Of a stretch of 64,000 bases of DNA, positions 50,696-62,926 are shown in pieces. The notes under the pieces are model-generated. The model was not told where the DNA came from. It did not search any database and saw nothing but the letters and a program-made list of their open reading frames with translations. The position numbers and the translations under genes are program-made. Each line of letters begins with the position of its first letter. Within the stretch, counting starts at the first letter, position 1. Source of the DNA: Octopus sinensis (lineage: Eukaryota); contig NC_043002.1 of assembly GCF_006345805.1 (NCBI RefSeq), positions 45,384,001 to 45,448,000 on the forward strand, given 5' to 3'.

Positions 50696-51248
50696 TGCAG
50701 TATATTTCAACAGAAATGCTATTTATCTTTAAAATTTTTTACCTAAAACTTCAACTCAAAATGTAATGCTTATTAAAATACTAGCTTAAAAGAAGCACAT
50801 TGTGTGGACTTTTAAGCTAGCTCCTGCAGAGGGCTAATTGGACCTGCTGCCCAAAACTAAAAAGAGCAAAAAGAATAAAGCATTTATTGGTACCCTATCA
50901 ATATGGTATTACTTTAAATTCAGTTTAAATGAAAAACTTAAAGTTCACAAATTTTTGGAGTTCTTTTAAATTTGAATTTTCAACTGTTAGCATATAACAA
51001 ATCCTCATCCAAACCTTATTGCAATGTCGGATGCTCAAGAACCATATGAAGGGCAAAAGTTCAATCCAGGAATCATCCTGATTCCAAAAAGGTATGTCTA
51101 TGCAAAGCAAATGTAGACTGAGATACAGAGGTCCCAGACAGATGTTTATTATTATAGATAAATCAATAAAATATTTTATTTGAACTATGAGTCTGAATTA
51201 TAACAATCAATTCAATGTTTATAAAATAAGCTTATAAACGAAACCTTA

Positions 51249-53708
51249 TCTCTTTATATATAAAATTCTTTGTCTGTTTGTCTATCTATTTCCTATGCAT
51301 TTTCAAAGGGTTCAACCAAATCAAGTTAAATCTTACAGGCTCATAGTATTACACACCGCATTTGGATTAAAACAATATAAAATTTTATCTAAAATTAATC
51401 TTTCTATAGTCAACTATGATAAAGGACATTTTATACCACCACCACTACGTTCCAGTTTTGTATATGAGTGAGTATGTCTGTGAGTATGTGTGTTTGTGTA
51501 TTTGTTATGTACGTTAGACCTCAGAGAATTAAACACACACACATACATATGTGTAGATGAGTGTATGTGTCTGGAGTGTGTGCGTGTTTGCGTGTCTGTT
51601 ACCTATGTTAGGCCTTAGAGAACTAAACACAAACATCCCCACATACATATACATGTGTGATGACTAACAAGTATGTGTGTGTGAGTGTATGTGACAGTAT
51701 GTATGTGTGAGTATACATACATTTTTGTGATGACTGAAACACACACATCTAATGAGTGAGAGAGACAGAGGGAGAGAGATAGGCTGTTATACAGAGAGAG
51801 ATACAATTAAAGTGTTAGATGTACAGAAAACATTCCATCACATGCCAGGGGAAAAAACTAGAAATAGTTGATAGCTTCTGTTACCTAGGTGACCAAGTCA
51901 GTAACGGGGTTGGATGCTCTGAGAGCATAGCTGCTAGAATAAGAATAGCCTGGGCAAAGTTCAGAGAGCTCCTGTCTCTGCTGGTAACAAAGGGCTTCTC
52001 GCTCAAATGAAAGGTAGACTGTATAATGCATGTGTGCAAAAAACCATACTACATGGCAGTAAAACATGGGTTGTAAATGCTAAGGACATGCATAGGCTTG
52101 AAAGAAATGAAGCTAGTATGCTCTGCTGGATGTGTAATGTCAGTGTGCATACAGGACAGAGTGTAAGTGCCCTGAGAGAAAAGTTGGACATAAGCATCAG
52201 ATGTGATGTGCAAGAGAGATGACTGCACTGGTATGGTCATGTGTTGCATATGGATGAGGATGGCTGTGTGAAGAAGTGTTACACCCCAACAGTGGAAGAC
52301 ATGGGATGAGGTGGTGAAGCAAGACCTTTGAACCTTGGGCCTCACAGAGGCAATGACAAGCAACCGAGACTTTGGAGATATGCTGTGCTTGAGAAGACCT
52401 GGCAAGCCAAGTGAGATCGTAGCCATGGCTGATGCCAGTGTCACATAACCGGCCCATTTAAAAGTACCCTTCAATCGTCAGGCAATGTTGTGCTTGAGAA
52501 CACCTGTCGAATCAAGAGAAATCATAGTTATGGCTGATGCCAGTGCTGCCTGATTGGCATGTAAAAAGCAGCATTCGCACATGGCCGGTGGCACATAAAA
52601 AGCACAGTTCAAGTGTGGTCAATGCCAGCACTGGCTGACTGGCTCTTGTGCTGGTAGCATGTAAAAAGCACCATTCAAGCATGGTTGATGCCAGTGCTGC
52701 CTGACTGGCTTCCGTGCTGGTAGTACGAAAAAGCACTGTTCGAGCATGGTTATGTAAAAAGCACCATTCGAGCATGGTTGATACCAGTGTCAGCTGACTG
52801 GCCCTTGTGCTAGGGACACATAAAAAGCACCCAATACACTCTCAGAGTGGTTGGCATTAGGAGGGATATCTAGTTGTAGAAACCTTGCCAGATCAGATTG
52901 GAGCCTGGTGCAGACTCCTGGCTTGCCAGTCCTCAGTCAAAACCGTCAAACCCATGCCAGCATGAGAAGCAGACATTAAACAATGATGATGATGTTGATA
53001 TTCAGTGAGAGAGAGTGTTATCCTGAAGTGTGCATCACTGTATGTCTCTGTGTGTCTGTATTAGTATATGTATGTGAGAGTGTATGTGTGTGGTGTATGT
53101 GTGATAATTTTAATTTTCATCTGGATTAAAACAATATACCACTTTATCTAAAACTACTATAGACAACTAAGTAAACAATTCAACAATTATGACGTCACAT
53201 TTTGTATATGAATGTATATATGTTTGTGAGTGTGTGTGTTTGTTAGGTACACAGACATACATTTACACATACATATACATATGTGACAACTGACAAAGAA
53301 AATGAAGTGAAAAGTTATGCTTTCCTCTCATACCTACAAATGTTCCATTTGAATTTAACCTTCCGTTTCTAGTCAAACTAAGTTTTGGTATTTCAATTAA
53401 CAAATCTCAGGGTTAATCCCTCAAGGTAGTTGGACTTCATCTCTGTACTACACGCTTCTCCTACAGCCAAAATTATGTTGCTTGCTCAATTTATTTGGGC
53501 AAAAAATTACACAATGAATATCGTTTACCCTGAGGTGCTTCAAGATTGAAGGATTTTCATTTCTAAATTCTATTATCATTACAATTTGGATATTTTAAAA
53601 TAAAATATAGATATTTTGAAATAATTACAAGAAAAAAAATAAATTTACATATTTATCGTTTACTAATCTGAATACGATCAGCAGTAACCGGGGCAAATAT
53701 TTAGCTAG
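51249..53708 (+). mobile_element. Helitron-type non-autonomous element interrupted by an RTE LINE
   Basis: 5' A|TCTCTTTATATATAAAA; 3' GCAGTAACCGGGGCAAATATTTAGCTAG|T; internal subrepeat 51360-51660 recurs at 53120-53290. Confidence 0.55.
51800..52995 (+). mobile_element. 5'-truncated RTE-clade LINE with 3' UTR tandem repeats and (GAT)n tail
   Basis: KKLEIVDSFCYLGDQVS...WAKFRELLSLLVTKGFSL/KGRLYNACVQKTILHGSKTW...LERNEASMLCWMCNVS, then about 60-bp AAAAGCACC-type repeats. Confidence 0.88.
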
Positions 53709-54693
53709 TTGGATATAAAGCTAAAGAGCTTAAGACAGTGCACATGTTGATAAATAACTAGTAAAGATGCATACAAGCCAATGAAGGCATCTCTGCATGG
53801 TCATACAACCTGCTAGAGATAACAGCAATATTTTTCTCAAGTAAGGCAGCGAGCTGGCAGAATCATTAGCATGTCGGGCAAAATGTTTAGCAGCATTTTG
53901 TGCATCCTTAGATTCTGGGTTCAAATGCCACTGGGGTTGACTTGCCTTTCATCCTTTCATGATCAATGAAATAAGTACCAGTCGAACAATGGGGTCAATT
54001 TAATTGACTTAGCATCTCCCCGAAAATGCTGGCCTTTTTCCAAAATTTGAAACTAATATTTCTCTCAAGTTACACCTTTACTGTCTTAAAAAATAAAAAG
54101 AAAGATTTGGGATATTCTAGTCAAAAGAAGGGATGGTCACAACTGTCTCCTCAATCAAAAATAAATGACAATAACTGATAAGGACTACATTGTGTCACAT
54201 GACTTTCGTCCTTAGATAGTAACAGTTATTTCCTATTTGCTTACCCCTAGAAAGTATGAAAACTGGCTAATATTTCCATCAAACTTTGCTTTTCTTACAT
54301 TTATTCAAACCCCAACCAATCCCTCTCAACACATGGATATGATGCTCCCCAACTACTCCTGCTCATCATCAGGGATGCACATACTGTCAGCCACTAAGGA
54401 ACGTGCTCAAGTGGTTAAAGATCAAGCAACTGACAAACAAATCTGTGGTATTGAGCAGAATATTTGCTATAATGATATTTCTGCTTCAGCCACTCAGTAT
54501 TGAATCTGTTTGAAATGTAATGGAAAAAAAAGGTCAGTCGCAAAACATTGGTGTTCTGGTCACAAAAGCAAAATTTGAAGGGAATGGTTGCCTTTTCCTT
54601 TGATTTCTAGATAGAAGCAAATAGGAAATAACACTTACTGACCAAAGGAAAAAAAAAAAAAATTTTAATAAACAGTGTTATTTATTAACCTAC

Positions 54694-54927
54694 CCCAGAA
54701 TAACCAGTTATGTCCTCAAAGTACCGCATCAAACAAACATGACTTTCTTTCAGAATACCGACATCCTCAGTGGCTTCCACTCCTTTTTTACGTGCACGAG
54801 ATGATTTCTTGTCTCTGAGGATAAGATTGTGTTGTATTTTCTTGAATCGGATCTTCAAGTGGTTATCAATTTGAGTTTGGTAAAAAGGAAAAGCTTCATA
54901 TAATAGCAGGTCTTCATCTACTCGAGC
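54694..54927 (-). CDS. CPSF1: CPSF1 exon (234 nt): ARVDEDLLLYEAFPFYQTQIDNHLKIRFKKIQHNLILRDKK...RYFEDITGYSG
   Basis: Acceptor TTTCCAG, donor GTAGGT; matches VDQELLIYEAF...RFRYFEDIYGYSG. Confidence 0.96.
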
Positions 54928-55380
54928 CTGGAAAATAGATATAAAAGCAAAAACAATCAAATGATGTATTATGGAAATTTTGAGAAAAATATATATATAT
55001 TGTTCTTTTCAAGGATTTAACATAACAAATGGAAAAATTTAACAAAAACATAACAAATGGAAAATTTACTTATTGTTATTTATCACTTAACAATTAATAC
55101 ATGTGCATATGTGTGTATAAATATCCAATTATTCAGAAATAAAACAAAAACAGAAATGTGAACATCTAATAAGATCTCTGCTGATTCAAACTCAAGTACA
55201 AGACAAAAAAAAAGCACAAAAAAAACAGATGACCAGATAAGCACATGGTTCCAGGTTCAGTCTCACTGTATGGCACCTTGGGCAAGTGTCTTCTACTATA
55301 ACCGCAGGCTGACCAAAGCCTTATGAGTTGATATGAGAGAGAAACTGAAAAAAGTCCATTGTAAAGATGTGTGTGTGTGT

Positions 55381-55421
<41 letters not shown>

Positions 55422-55775
55422 TATCTGTATGTCTTCTACTACTGCTTGACAACCGATGTTGATGTGTTTACATCATTGTAACTTAGTAGTTTAACAAAGA
55501 GGCCAATAGAATAAGTACCAGACTTAACAAAAAATAAGTACTAGAGTCAATTCACTTGACTAAAAGTTCTTCAAGGAAGTGCCCCAGTATGGCCACAATC
55601 TAATGACTGAAACAAGTAAAAGATAAAAGAATGCAAACAACAACTCAATACTAAAGAATTACAGCAGTTGTTGTAAATATCAGCCTCCACTGTCATTCGT
55701 TAAACATGTAGAGAGGTTTTTATCATATCAGAGAATGATGAATGTATTACACAAGAGAAGTAAAGTTTCGCTTAC

Positions 55776-55893
55776 CAATAAATGAGGCCGTGAATTGCGA
55801 CAACCAAGCCCAACCAACAGAAGCTCCTTAATAACTGGCATATCACCAATAACTTTTTCTTGTCGGTCACTACTACTACTAGTATTGCTCATA
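55776..55893 (-). CDS. CPSF1: CPSF1 exon (118 nt): (S)MSNTSSSSDRQEKVIGDMPVIKELLLVGLGCRNSRPHLL
   Basis: Acceptor TTTTGCAG, donor GTAAGC; matches [24 protein letters not shown]. Confidence 0.94.
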
Positions 55894-56869
55894 CTGCAAA
55901 AGGAAAAAAAACGATTATTTGGAGGGTTTTTTTTTGTTAGTTTGTTTGGATTTGATGAGGGAAGTGGTCATTTTTTTTTATCTGAATAAATGGAAATAAA
56001 TCAAAACATGACTGTATTTAATCCTTTGACACCAACTCAACTAAGACTACTTTTAATTCAATTACACAAAGAAAAAAAACATTCATTTTTAAATTTTCAT
56101 ATTTACATTACGATCATCCAACAATTTTTTATATATAACAAGCCTGCGTCAGAACTATGTGGCATAGAGTTCATTTCCACTGCATGGTATCTTCTGCTTT
56201 GGTTGACATCTACTATGGTTGCAGACTGACTTATATTTTATAGAACTGGTAGATGGAAACTGAAAGAAGCTTGTCATGTTATGTGTTTCTTGTTTTTCCC
56301 TTGTTTGTGCAAATATTGAAAATTAAATCACTGTTCCTACAGACAGTATCATTTGTTTACAATCTTTTATGAAAATGTATTTGGCCTCTGAGATGTTCAT
56401 TTGGTTGAATGAATGATTGGCAAATATTACCTTTCTTGGAAAAAGGGGAGGGTTGGTTATTACAAGAGCATCTAGCCACAGGAAATCTACCACAACAAGT
56501 TTTTGTCTGACTCATCTTACTCATGCAAGATGGAAAAATGAACAATAAAATAATGATTTCTATTGAAATATACTACTTTTATGTTTCAATTAATTTTGGA
56601 AGGATTTTGAAAAATAAGCAACTTCTTCGTAATGTAGCCAATGTTTGGAACATAAGTTATTATGTTATATTATGTATATTAAGTTGTTATATAAAAAATT
56701 GCAGGCTACAGCATACATGTGATTACAAAAACAGAAATTTCACAACTTGCGAAGTAAACACAGCAATGAAGGTCACTGCTTGCTCTCACTGCAAATGCAG
56801 CTGTGTGCTGTCATCTGTTGGCATGCTACAGAACTAGTCTGGAAACTTTTTGAAACCACCTCATATTAT

Positions 56870-57219
56870 CTCATCACTTTCAGATTTCAATGATGTGATT
56901 GTTTATATTTTGAATAATAATGTATAAGTGTGAGAGGCTGGATCTTGCTAGCTTGAACATAAAACAGGTAGAATATTTAGTTTAACCCTTTAGTGTTTAA
57001 ACCGGCCATATCTGGCCCAGATATTCTACATGTTTTATATTCAAACTGGCAATATCTGGCCTCTCACACCTACCCGACAATGTCATTCTAAATATAAACA
57101 ATCACATCATTGAAACCTCAAAGATATAAGATAATGCATGATTAATTCAAAACATTTAAGTGGAAAAGTATTACATTTAACAGAGTAATCTGAACACGAA
57201 AGGGTTAAATGCTAAAGGG
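56870..57219. mobile_element. TTAA MITE (56986-57204) nested in opposite orientation inside another copy of the same family
   Basis: The outer reversed copy resumes after the inner element as ATGCTAAAGGG|TTAA. Confidence 0.75.
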
Positions 57220-58396
57220 TTAAATCTACTTGACTAAGCTATCATGCATAATTAATAAATCATTATAATCTCTAAGTCTTTATGTTCTTGGGATGACTTT
57301 AAACTGCATCTAGTATTAGGGTCTGTTTCAGGAGTTCCAAGATTTGTGGGAGTGTAGAACCACCTCTTAACTATTATTGTTCCCAGGTCTATTCTGACCC
57401 AGAGTACTAAGCACTTGTCAGGGTCCCAGATCTGAGTTAATTAGCACATAAATAAAGTCAGCCGTAAACATGGGAATAAACAGCCCCAGATCAATCAAAT
57501 TACGGATGGCACCTTGCTAAAGCCTCACATCTTATAACCACCCAAGCCACAGTTACGTTGAAATCATGGGATGCAGCATGGTAGACATGAATTATCGAGC
57601 CAATAGCAAATGTCACTAAATGCTGAGCAGATGAACAGTCAACAAACTGTCAATGGCCAGGATCAACCAGTTCAGTAAGCAATCTACTGCTATCATTTGT
57701 AGTCACAGCAACTGCAGATGAGACATTCAGCTATTGATAAACTAATATGACTTATTGGTCTGGGCAAGTTGCCTGACTGAATCTTGACGAGGGTGATGAT
57801 GATGACCTCTAAATTATAATTTGGTAGATGTAAGAATATTACATCAAAAGAAAAAGAATTATATGATTTATTCAGAAAACATTAATATAAAAAACAACTG
57901 CATAAAGAAGTGCCAATCTCTAACAGTGGAGGGAACCTGTGGAGGAGGTAGACCCAAGAAGACATGGGACAAGGCAATGAAGTAAGATCTTCAGGTGCTG
58001 AATCTCATGGAGACAATGACAAGTGACCAAGACCTTTGGCGATTTGCTGTGTTTGATAAGACACTTCAAGCCAAATTAAATTGTAGTCGTAGCCAGTGTC
58101 AGAACACGTAAAACACACCCATACCAGTGACATGTAAAAGGCACCCACTACATTCTGTGGAATGGTTGGCACTAAGAAGGGCACCCAGCCATAGAAACCA
58201 AGCCAAAATACACTGGAGTCTGGTGCAACTCTCTGGCTTACCAGGTCCAGTCAAACCATCTAACCCATGCCAGCATGGAAAACAGATGATGATGATGATT
58301 ATATGTATATTGGTGGAAACAGGCTTTTTTTTTTCACATAATAAATGGAAACTATTCTGGAACTAAAGGATGGAAGAGACACAGCATTTTACATAC

Positions 58397-58506
58397 CTAG
58401 GCCTTACAGATAATTCTGTCATTTGCACACTGTCCACCAAAACCTTTTGTCCCATAGGAAAATTCTTTACATAATAGGTCATTCGAAAATCAGGTAAGGT
58501 ATAAAT
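58397..58506 (-). CDS. CPSF1: CPSF1 exon (110 nt): [36 protein letters not shown]
   Basis: Acceptor TTTGCAG, donor GTATGT; matches [26 protein letters not shown]. Confidence 0.95.
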
Positions 58507-59161
58507 CTGCAAAGAAAATAATGATACTTCTTAATTTTTCTTTTTTACATACACTTGAAATAGACACAAAAAAAACAAACAAACACAAAGAGCACCACTG
58601 GTACACAGAAAGCAAAGTGATTCCTTTTGAAATAGAATCAGAACAAAAGAAAAGATTCTACAAAAAGTATACCACCACAACAAAGCATAATATCATCCTC
58701 TCACATTTATACATCATCATTTAACATCATTTTTCCATTCATGCATGAATCAGATGAAATTTGTTAAGGCAGATTTTCTGCAACTGGATGCCCTTCCTAT
58801 TGCCAACCCTCACTTGTTTACATAGCTAGACATGTTTCTCCGGGAAGACTGGAAATGAACAAGCTTGCTTGTATGACAATGATGCTCTTTTACAATAATC
58901 ACATGATATCTAGACAAGGGTACACACAAACACACATATATACATATACATACAGGGTGCAATGAGTAAATTACACCAGCTAATGACTTGGATGACCAAC
59001 CATCTCTTCGATTTTACCTCCATTCATCTTCTTTCACATAATGTACCACTTCACATCCATACTCAGCTCATTCCTCAGAAATCACTTACATCTCTTCAAA
59101 GCACTACACTGTTCCATTGCCTTAGGGAATTACACATCTCAAACTAAATGTTTAAACTCAC

Positions 59162-59240
59162 CTCAAGTACACCATTTTCCCGACATATTACAACCCAATA
59201 AGAAGCTTTTATTTCTTTTTTTTGGTAGATATCAGATGGA
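59162..59240 (-). CDS. CPSF1: CPSF1 exon (79 nt): (S)PSDIYQKKEIKASYWVVICRENGVLE
   Basis: Acceptor TCTTCAG, donor GTGAGT; matches HWCLLVRENGTME. Confidence 0.93.
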
Positions 59241-59373
59241 CTGAAGATGAAATGAAATGAAAACAATCAATGTAATGAGCTGCACTAATTAACAATAATT
59301 ACAGTAAGAGTAAAATTTTAGAAGGTAATGTGAACAAAATTTCTTAATGAAAGTATATCAGACTTAACAAATT

Positions 59374-59576
59374 CACTAAATCATAAGCACAGATAGAGCT
59401 ACAGGCTTGCTCTCTGAGTTTAAAGCTAAGATGCTTTCTGTAGAAGTTTATTTTGCAACCACATCGTTTCAGGTTCAGTCCCACCACAGAACCTAGAGTA
59501 AGGTTCTTCTACTATAGCCTCAGGCTGACTGGCCAAATACCTTGTGAGAAAATTTGGTTGGTGGTGAAGGAGCCTA

Positions 59577-59621
<45 letters not shown>

Positions 59622-60279
59622 GCTCAGAAACCTGGACATTATCAAAGAAGCTTGAGAGGCAGTTGGATGGAACTTACACTCGCCTCCTTATGAGAGCTCA
59701 AAATCTCTCGTGGAAGCGCCATCCAACCAAAGTGCAAATATATGGGAAACTACTACCTGTATCAACTCTTGTGAAAGGTAGAAGAGTCCAGTTTGTTGGA
59801 CATTGTTGTAGAGCTGAAAACAAAGCAATTTCTACTCTTCTCCTCTGGAAGCCATCTACTCGCAATACCAGAGGGCGCACACTCTCCTACTCTGATGTAA
59901 TCTCCAGGGATACAGGCATCCAGCAACAGACCATGAAGTCTGGCGTAGCATAGTAAATTCCATTGTCTCGCCCACGGTCGAACAATGATGATGATGATGT
60001 GTGTGTGTGTGCACGCATATGTTGGTGTGTGCCACTAAATCACAAGCACAGATAGAGCTACAGGCTTGCTCTCTGAGTTTAAAGCTAAGATGCTTTCTGT
60101 AGAAGTTCATTTTGCAACCACATCGTTTCAGGTTCAGTCCCACCACAGAACCTAGAGTAAGGTTCTTCTACTATAGCCTCAGACTGACTGGCCAAATACC
60201 TTGTGAGGGAATTTGGTTGGTAGTGAAGGAGTCATGTGTGTGTGTATGTGTGTGCGCGCGCGCATATGTTGGTGTGTGC
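59374..60279. repeat. Tandem duplication of an about 245-bp unit; copy 1 (59374-60032) carries the LINE insert, copy 2 (60033-60279) does not
   Basis: CACTAAATCAYAAGCACAGATAGAGCTACAGG...GCATATGTTGGTGTGTGC occurs twice. Confidence 0.88.
59619..59998 (+). mobile_element. 3' fragment of a second RTE-like LINE family inserted in a (GT)n tract
   Basis: YGSETWTLSKKLERQLDGTYTRLLMRAQNLSWKRHPT...RRVQFVGHCCRAE...LLLWKP; (GAT)n tail. Confidence 0.82.
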
Positions 60280-61186
60280 ATGCATGTCTTTGTCTCTCAT
60301 TTCTTGTAAATGGTATTGGTTTGTTTATGCTTCCATAGCTTGGTGGTTTAGCAAAAGAAATTGACAGAAAAAATACCAGGCTTAAAATAAGCACTGCTTG
60401 AGTCGGGGGAGTCAACTGCAAATTTGATTGACTGAAGCTTTCAAAGTGCGTGCCCCTATCATGACTACTGTCAAATGACTAAAACAAGTAAAAGACTAAA
60501 AGAAAATAACACTTTTATGTGTTGCTGGTAGAACTATTGATATTCAATATTAACCTGTGGGAAGATACAAAATAAGTACTGTATGCTAACACTCAGTAAT
60601 TATAGTGATGACACGGGTTATAGATTTGTACTCCTTACAAAACCAATTTTATTGCTAGGAGAATTGAGCCAGTGAGAGCTGAATGCTTTTGTCAAGATAC
60701 ACAGCATATTACTGAAAACAGAAATTGAAACATCTGTCCATTAGTGGCAAGACTATACCATGTTCATTTCTGCTTTCAATACTAGTCTAGTACTAAATAA
60801 ATTTCTTGCTTTTAATTCTAACATAACCAGTTCAATATAGGCAATGGGAACATAGCTAGATGCCTAATTATCTTCTAAAAGTGACAAAAGGTCCAGCATA
60901 ATAACAAATTTAAAGACAGAAAAATGACTTAGTAAATGAATAGCTAATTCAAGCATTATGTTGACAAACTGCTTTGTCATAGGTAGCTGTCAGTTTAAAA
61001 CTGGATATAGCTAGATTGATCTCCAACATTCTAAAAATCAATCAACAAACTCATTATATCAAGGAATAAATTCTGGAGACCCAGAATATGTCTATCAGAC
61101 TTATGTTTATGACTTATCAGAAATTATCTGATATATATATACTCAATCAGTTAAGTGAAGTTTCCAAATAGTTGCTGATTTATTAC

Positions 61187-61282
61187 CTCTGTTTAGGAGC
61201 ATGTTTATTGCTATTGTTTACAGTTTTCCCAAACACAGATTCAGATTCTCCATACAGTAATTCATCTTCATCATCAATGAAG
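61187..61282 (-). CDS. CPSF1: CPSF1 exon (96 nt): (S)FIDDEDELLYGESESVFGKTVNNSNKHAPKQ
   Basis: Acceptor CTCTCCAG, donor GTAATA; matches VDDEEEMLYGDS. Confidence 0.93.
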
Positions 61283-61938
61283 CTGGAGAGAGAGGAAATA
61301 AAATTTAAAAAAGGTTACAGACATGAAAATAATAGGGGAAAAAATAACGTTTTGGTAAATCACATAAATTTCAATGTACTATTTCAAACACACATACACA
61401 CATGAATATACACATAAATGGTCACATTCACTTAAACACACATGCACAAACATGTTAAACACACAAAAGCACATGTTAACACACACACACACACACCAAC
61501 AGAGGCATATTTATTCCAACACATACATGCAAATGCTCAAATTCAAAGCACAACAAAATTTACACTGAGTAACCAAAAAGCAGAAAACATTTGATTAAGA
61601 ATAGAACTTGAATTTCTTTTACAATGGCATTAAAATTCAGGATTAGTTACCAAGATTTTAACATGAATTTCAAATGCTGACACAAGGTCGGTTCAAATTC
61701 TGCCATGGTTGACTTTGCCTTTCATTCTTTCAGGGTCAGTAAAACAAATACTGACAAAAACAAATTGAATACTGGGGTTGATTTAATAAACTTACCTCCT
61801 CCTCTGAAATTAATGGCCTTGAGCCAAAATTTGAAACCAAAATTTCCATTAAAACTAAAATAATCTTTATGTGACCATTCAAAAAAAGGACAGAGTGAAA
61901 AAACCCCACAATTGAAAAATAGAGAATCAAGTAATTAC

Positions 61939-62093
61939 CTGCAAGTGAGATTACTAGATACCCGTTCTTCTGGTATTTTGTGTACTTTGGTAAATTCCAG
62001 TGGGTTTGCAGAATATGTATCGGCTTTGATCGTTGTTGTGGTAAATAACCCACTGAGATCTTTATAGGCACATAAACTGATGATTTTGTTTTT
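61939..62093 (-). CDS. CPSF1: CPSF1 exon (155 nt): KNKIISLCAYKDLSGLFTTTTIKADTYSANPLEFTKVHKIPEERVSSNLTC
   Basis: Acceptor ATTTCAG, donor GTAATT; matches SKVITLCLYRDLSGMFTT; phase consistent. Confidence 0.93.
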
Positions 62094-62750
62094 CTGAAAT
62101 AGTTATAATACATTGTTTTTGCAGTTAAAGCATTTTTATTATTTTCAAGAGTAGAAATTCCAGATTTTTAATTATATATAAATTAAAATGAAAGAAAAGA
62201 AAGGACAAAAGGGAGAAAGAAAATAAAGTGAAGAAAAGGAAAAAATGAAAGGAAAATGAAATAGGTATAGGCATGACTGCATGGTTACAAGTTTCCCTTC
62301 TCAACCATGTAGTTTCAGGTTCTAACCCACTGTTTGGCACTTTGAACCAGTGTCTTCTATTATAGCTTTGGGTTGACGAATACCTTGTGAATTAAATTTG
62401 ATAGATGGAAGCTGTACAGAAGCCCATCATACGTATGTGTGTGTACCCTTGTCTAGACATCATGAGAAGGCTGTGTGGGAGCATCACCATCATACAAGCT
62501 ACGATGTTTGCTTCTAGTCTTCCATGAGAAACATGTCTAGCTATGGGGAAATATTACTTTGCTTGGAAACCTGAGAAAGTTGACAACAGGAAGGGCATCC
62601 AACCACTGAAAATCTGCCTCAAAAAGTTTCATCTAATCCATGTAAGCACAGAAAAATGGACACTAAATGTTGATGATGATGATGACAACAATAATGATGA
62701 CAACGATGATGATGACAACAATGATGATGATGTTGACAATGATTCTTTAC

Positions 62751-62926
62751 CTGTTGTAACTGTGGTTTGGTAACTGCAAGTCGGACACCACTACCAAAGT
62801 TGTCAGCTCTTAGGGACAATAATACCACCTGGCCTTCTTCACTCATAACCAACAAGAAAGGATCAGCAACAGAGCAGTGAACAATAGGTGAACCCACATC
62901 AATGGGAATATGCTGCAGTTGTTTAA
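62751..62926 (-). CDS. CPSF1: CPSF1 exon (176 nt): (V)KQLQHIPIDVGSPIVHCSVADPFLLVMSEEGQVVLLSLRADNFGSGVRLAVTKPQLQQ
   Basis: Acceptor TTTTACAG, donor GTAAAG; matches CPSF1 [22 protein letters not shown]. Confidence 0.95.

Noticed and set aside
50925-51130. Short minus-strand ORF; an alternative frame contains LDEDLLY, like CPSF1 VDEDLLLY
   Set aside because: In-frame stops flank it, there is no good polypyrimidine acceptor, and there is no further similarity; chance match, not a duplicated exon.
58507-62750. Three introns of nearly equal length (655, 656 and 657 bp), and two others of 1853 and 1849 bp
   Set aside because: No shared sequence between them is visible and their repeat contents differ; treated as coincidence.
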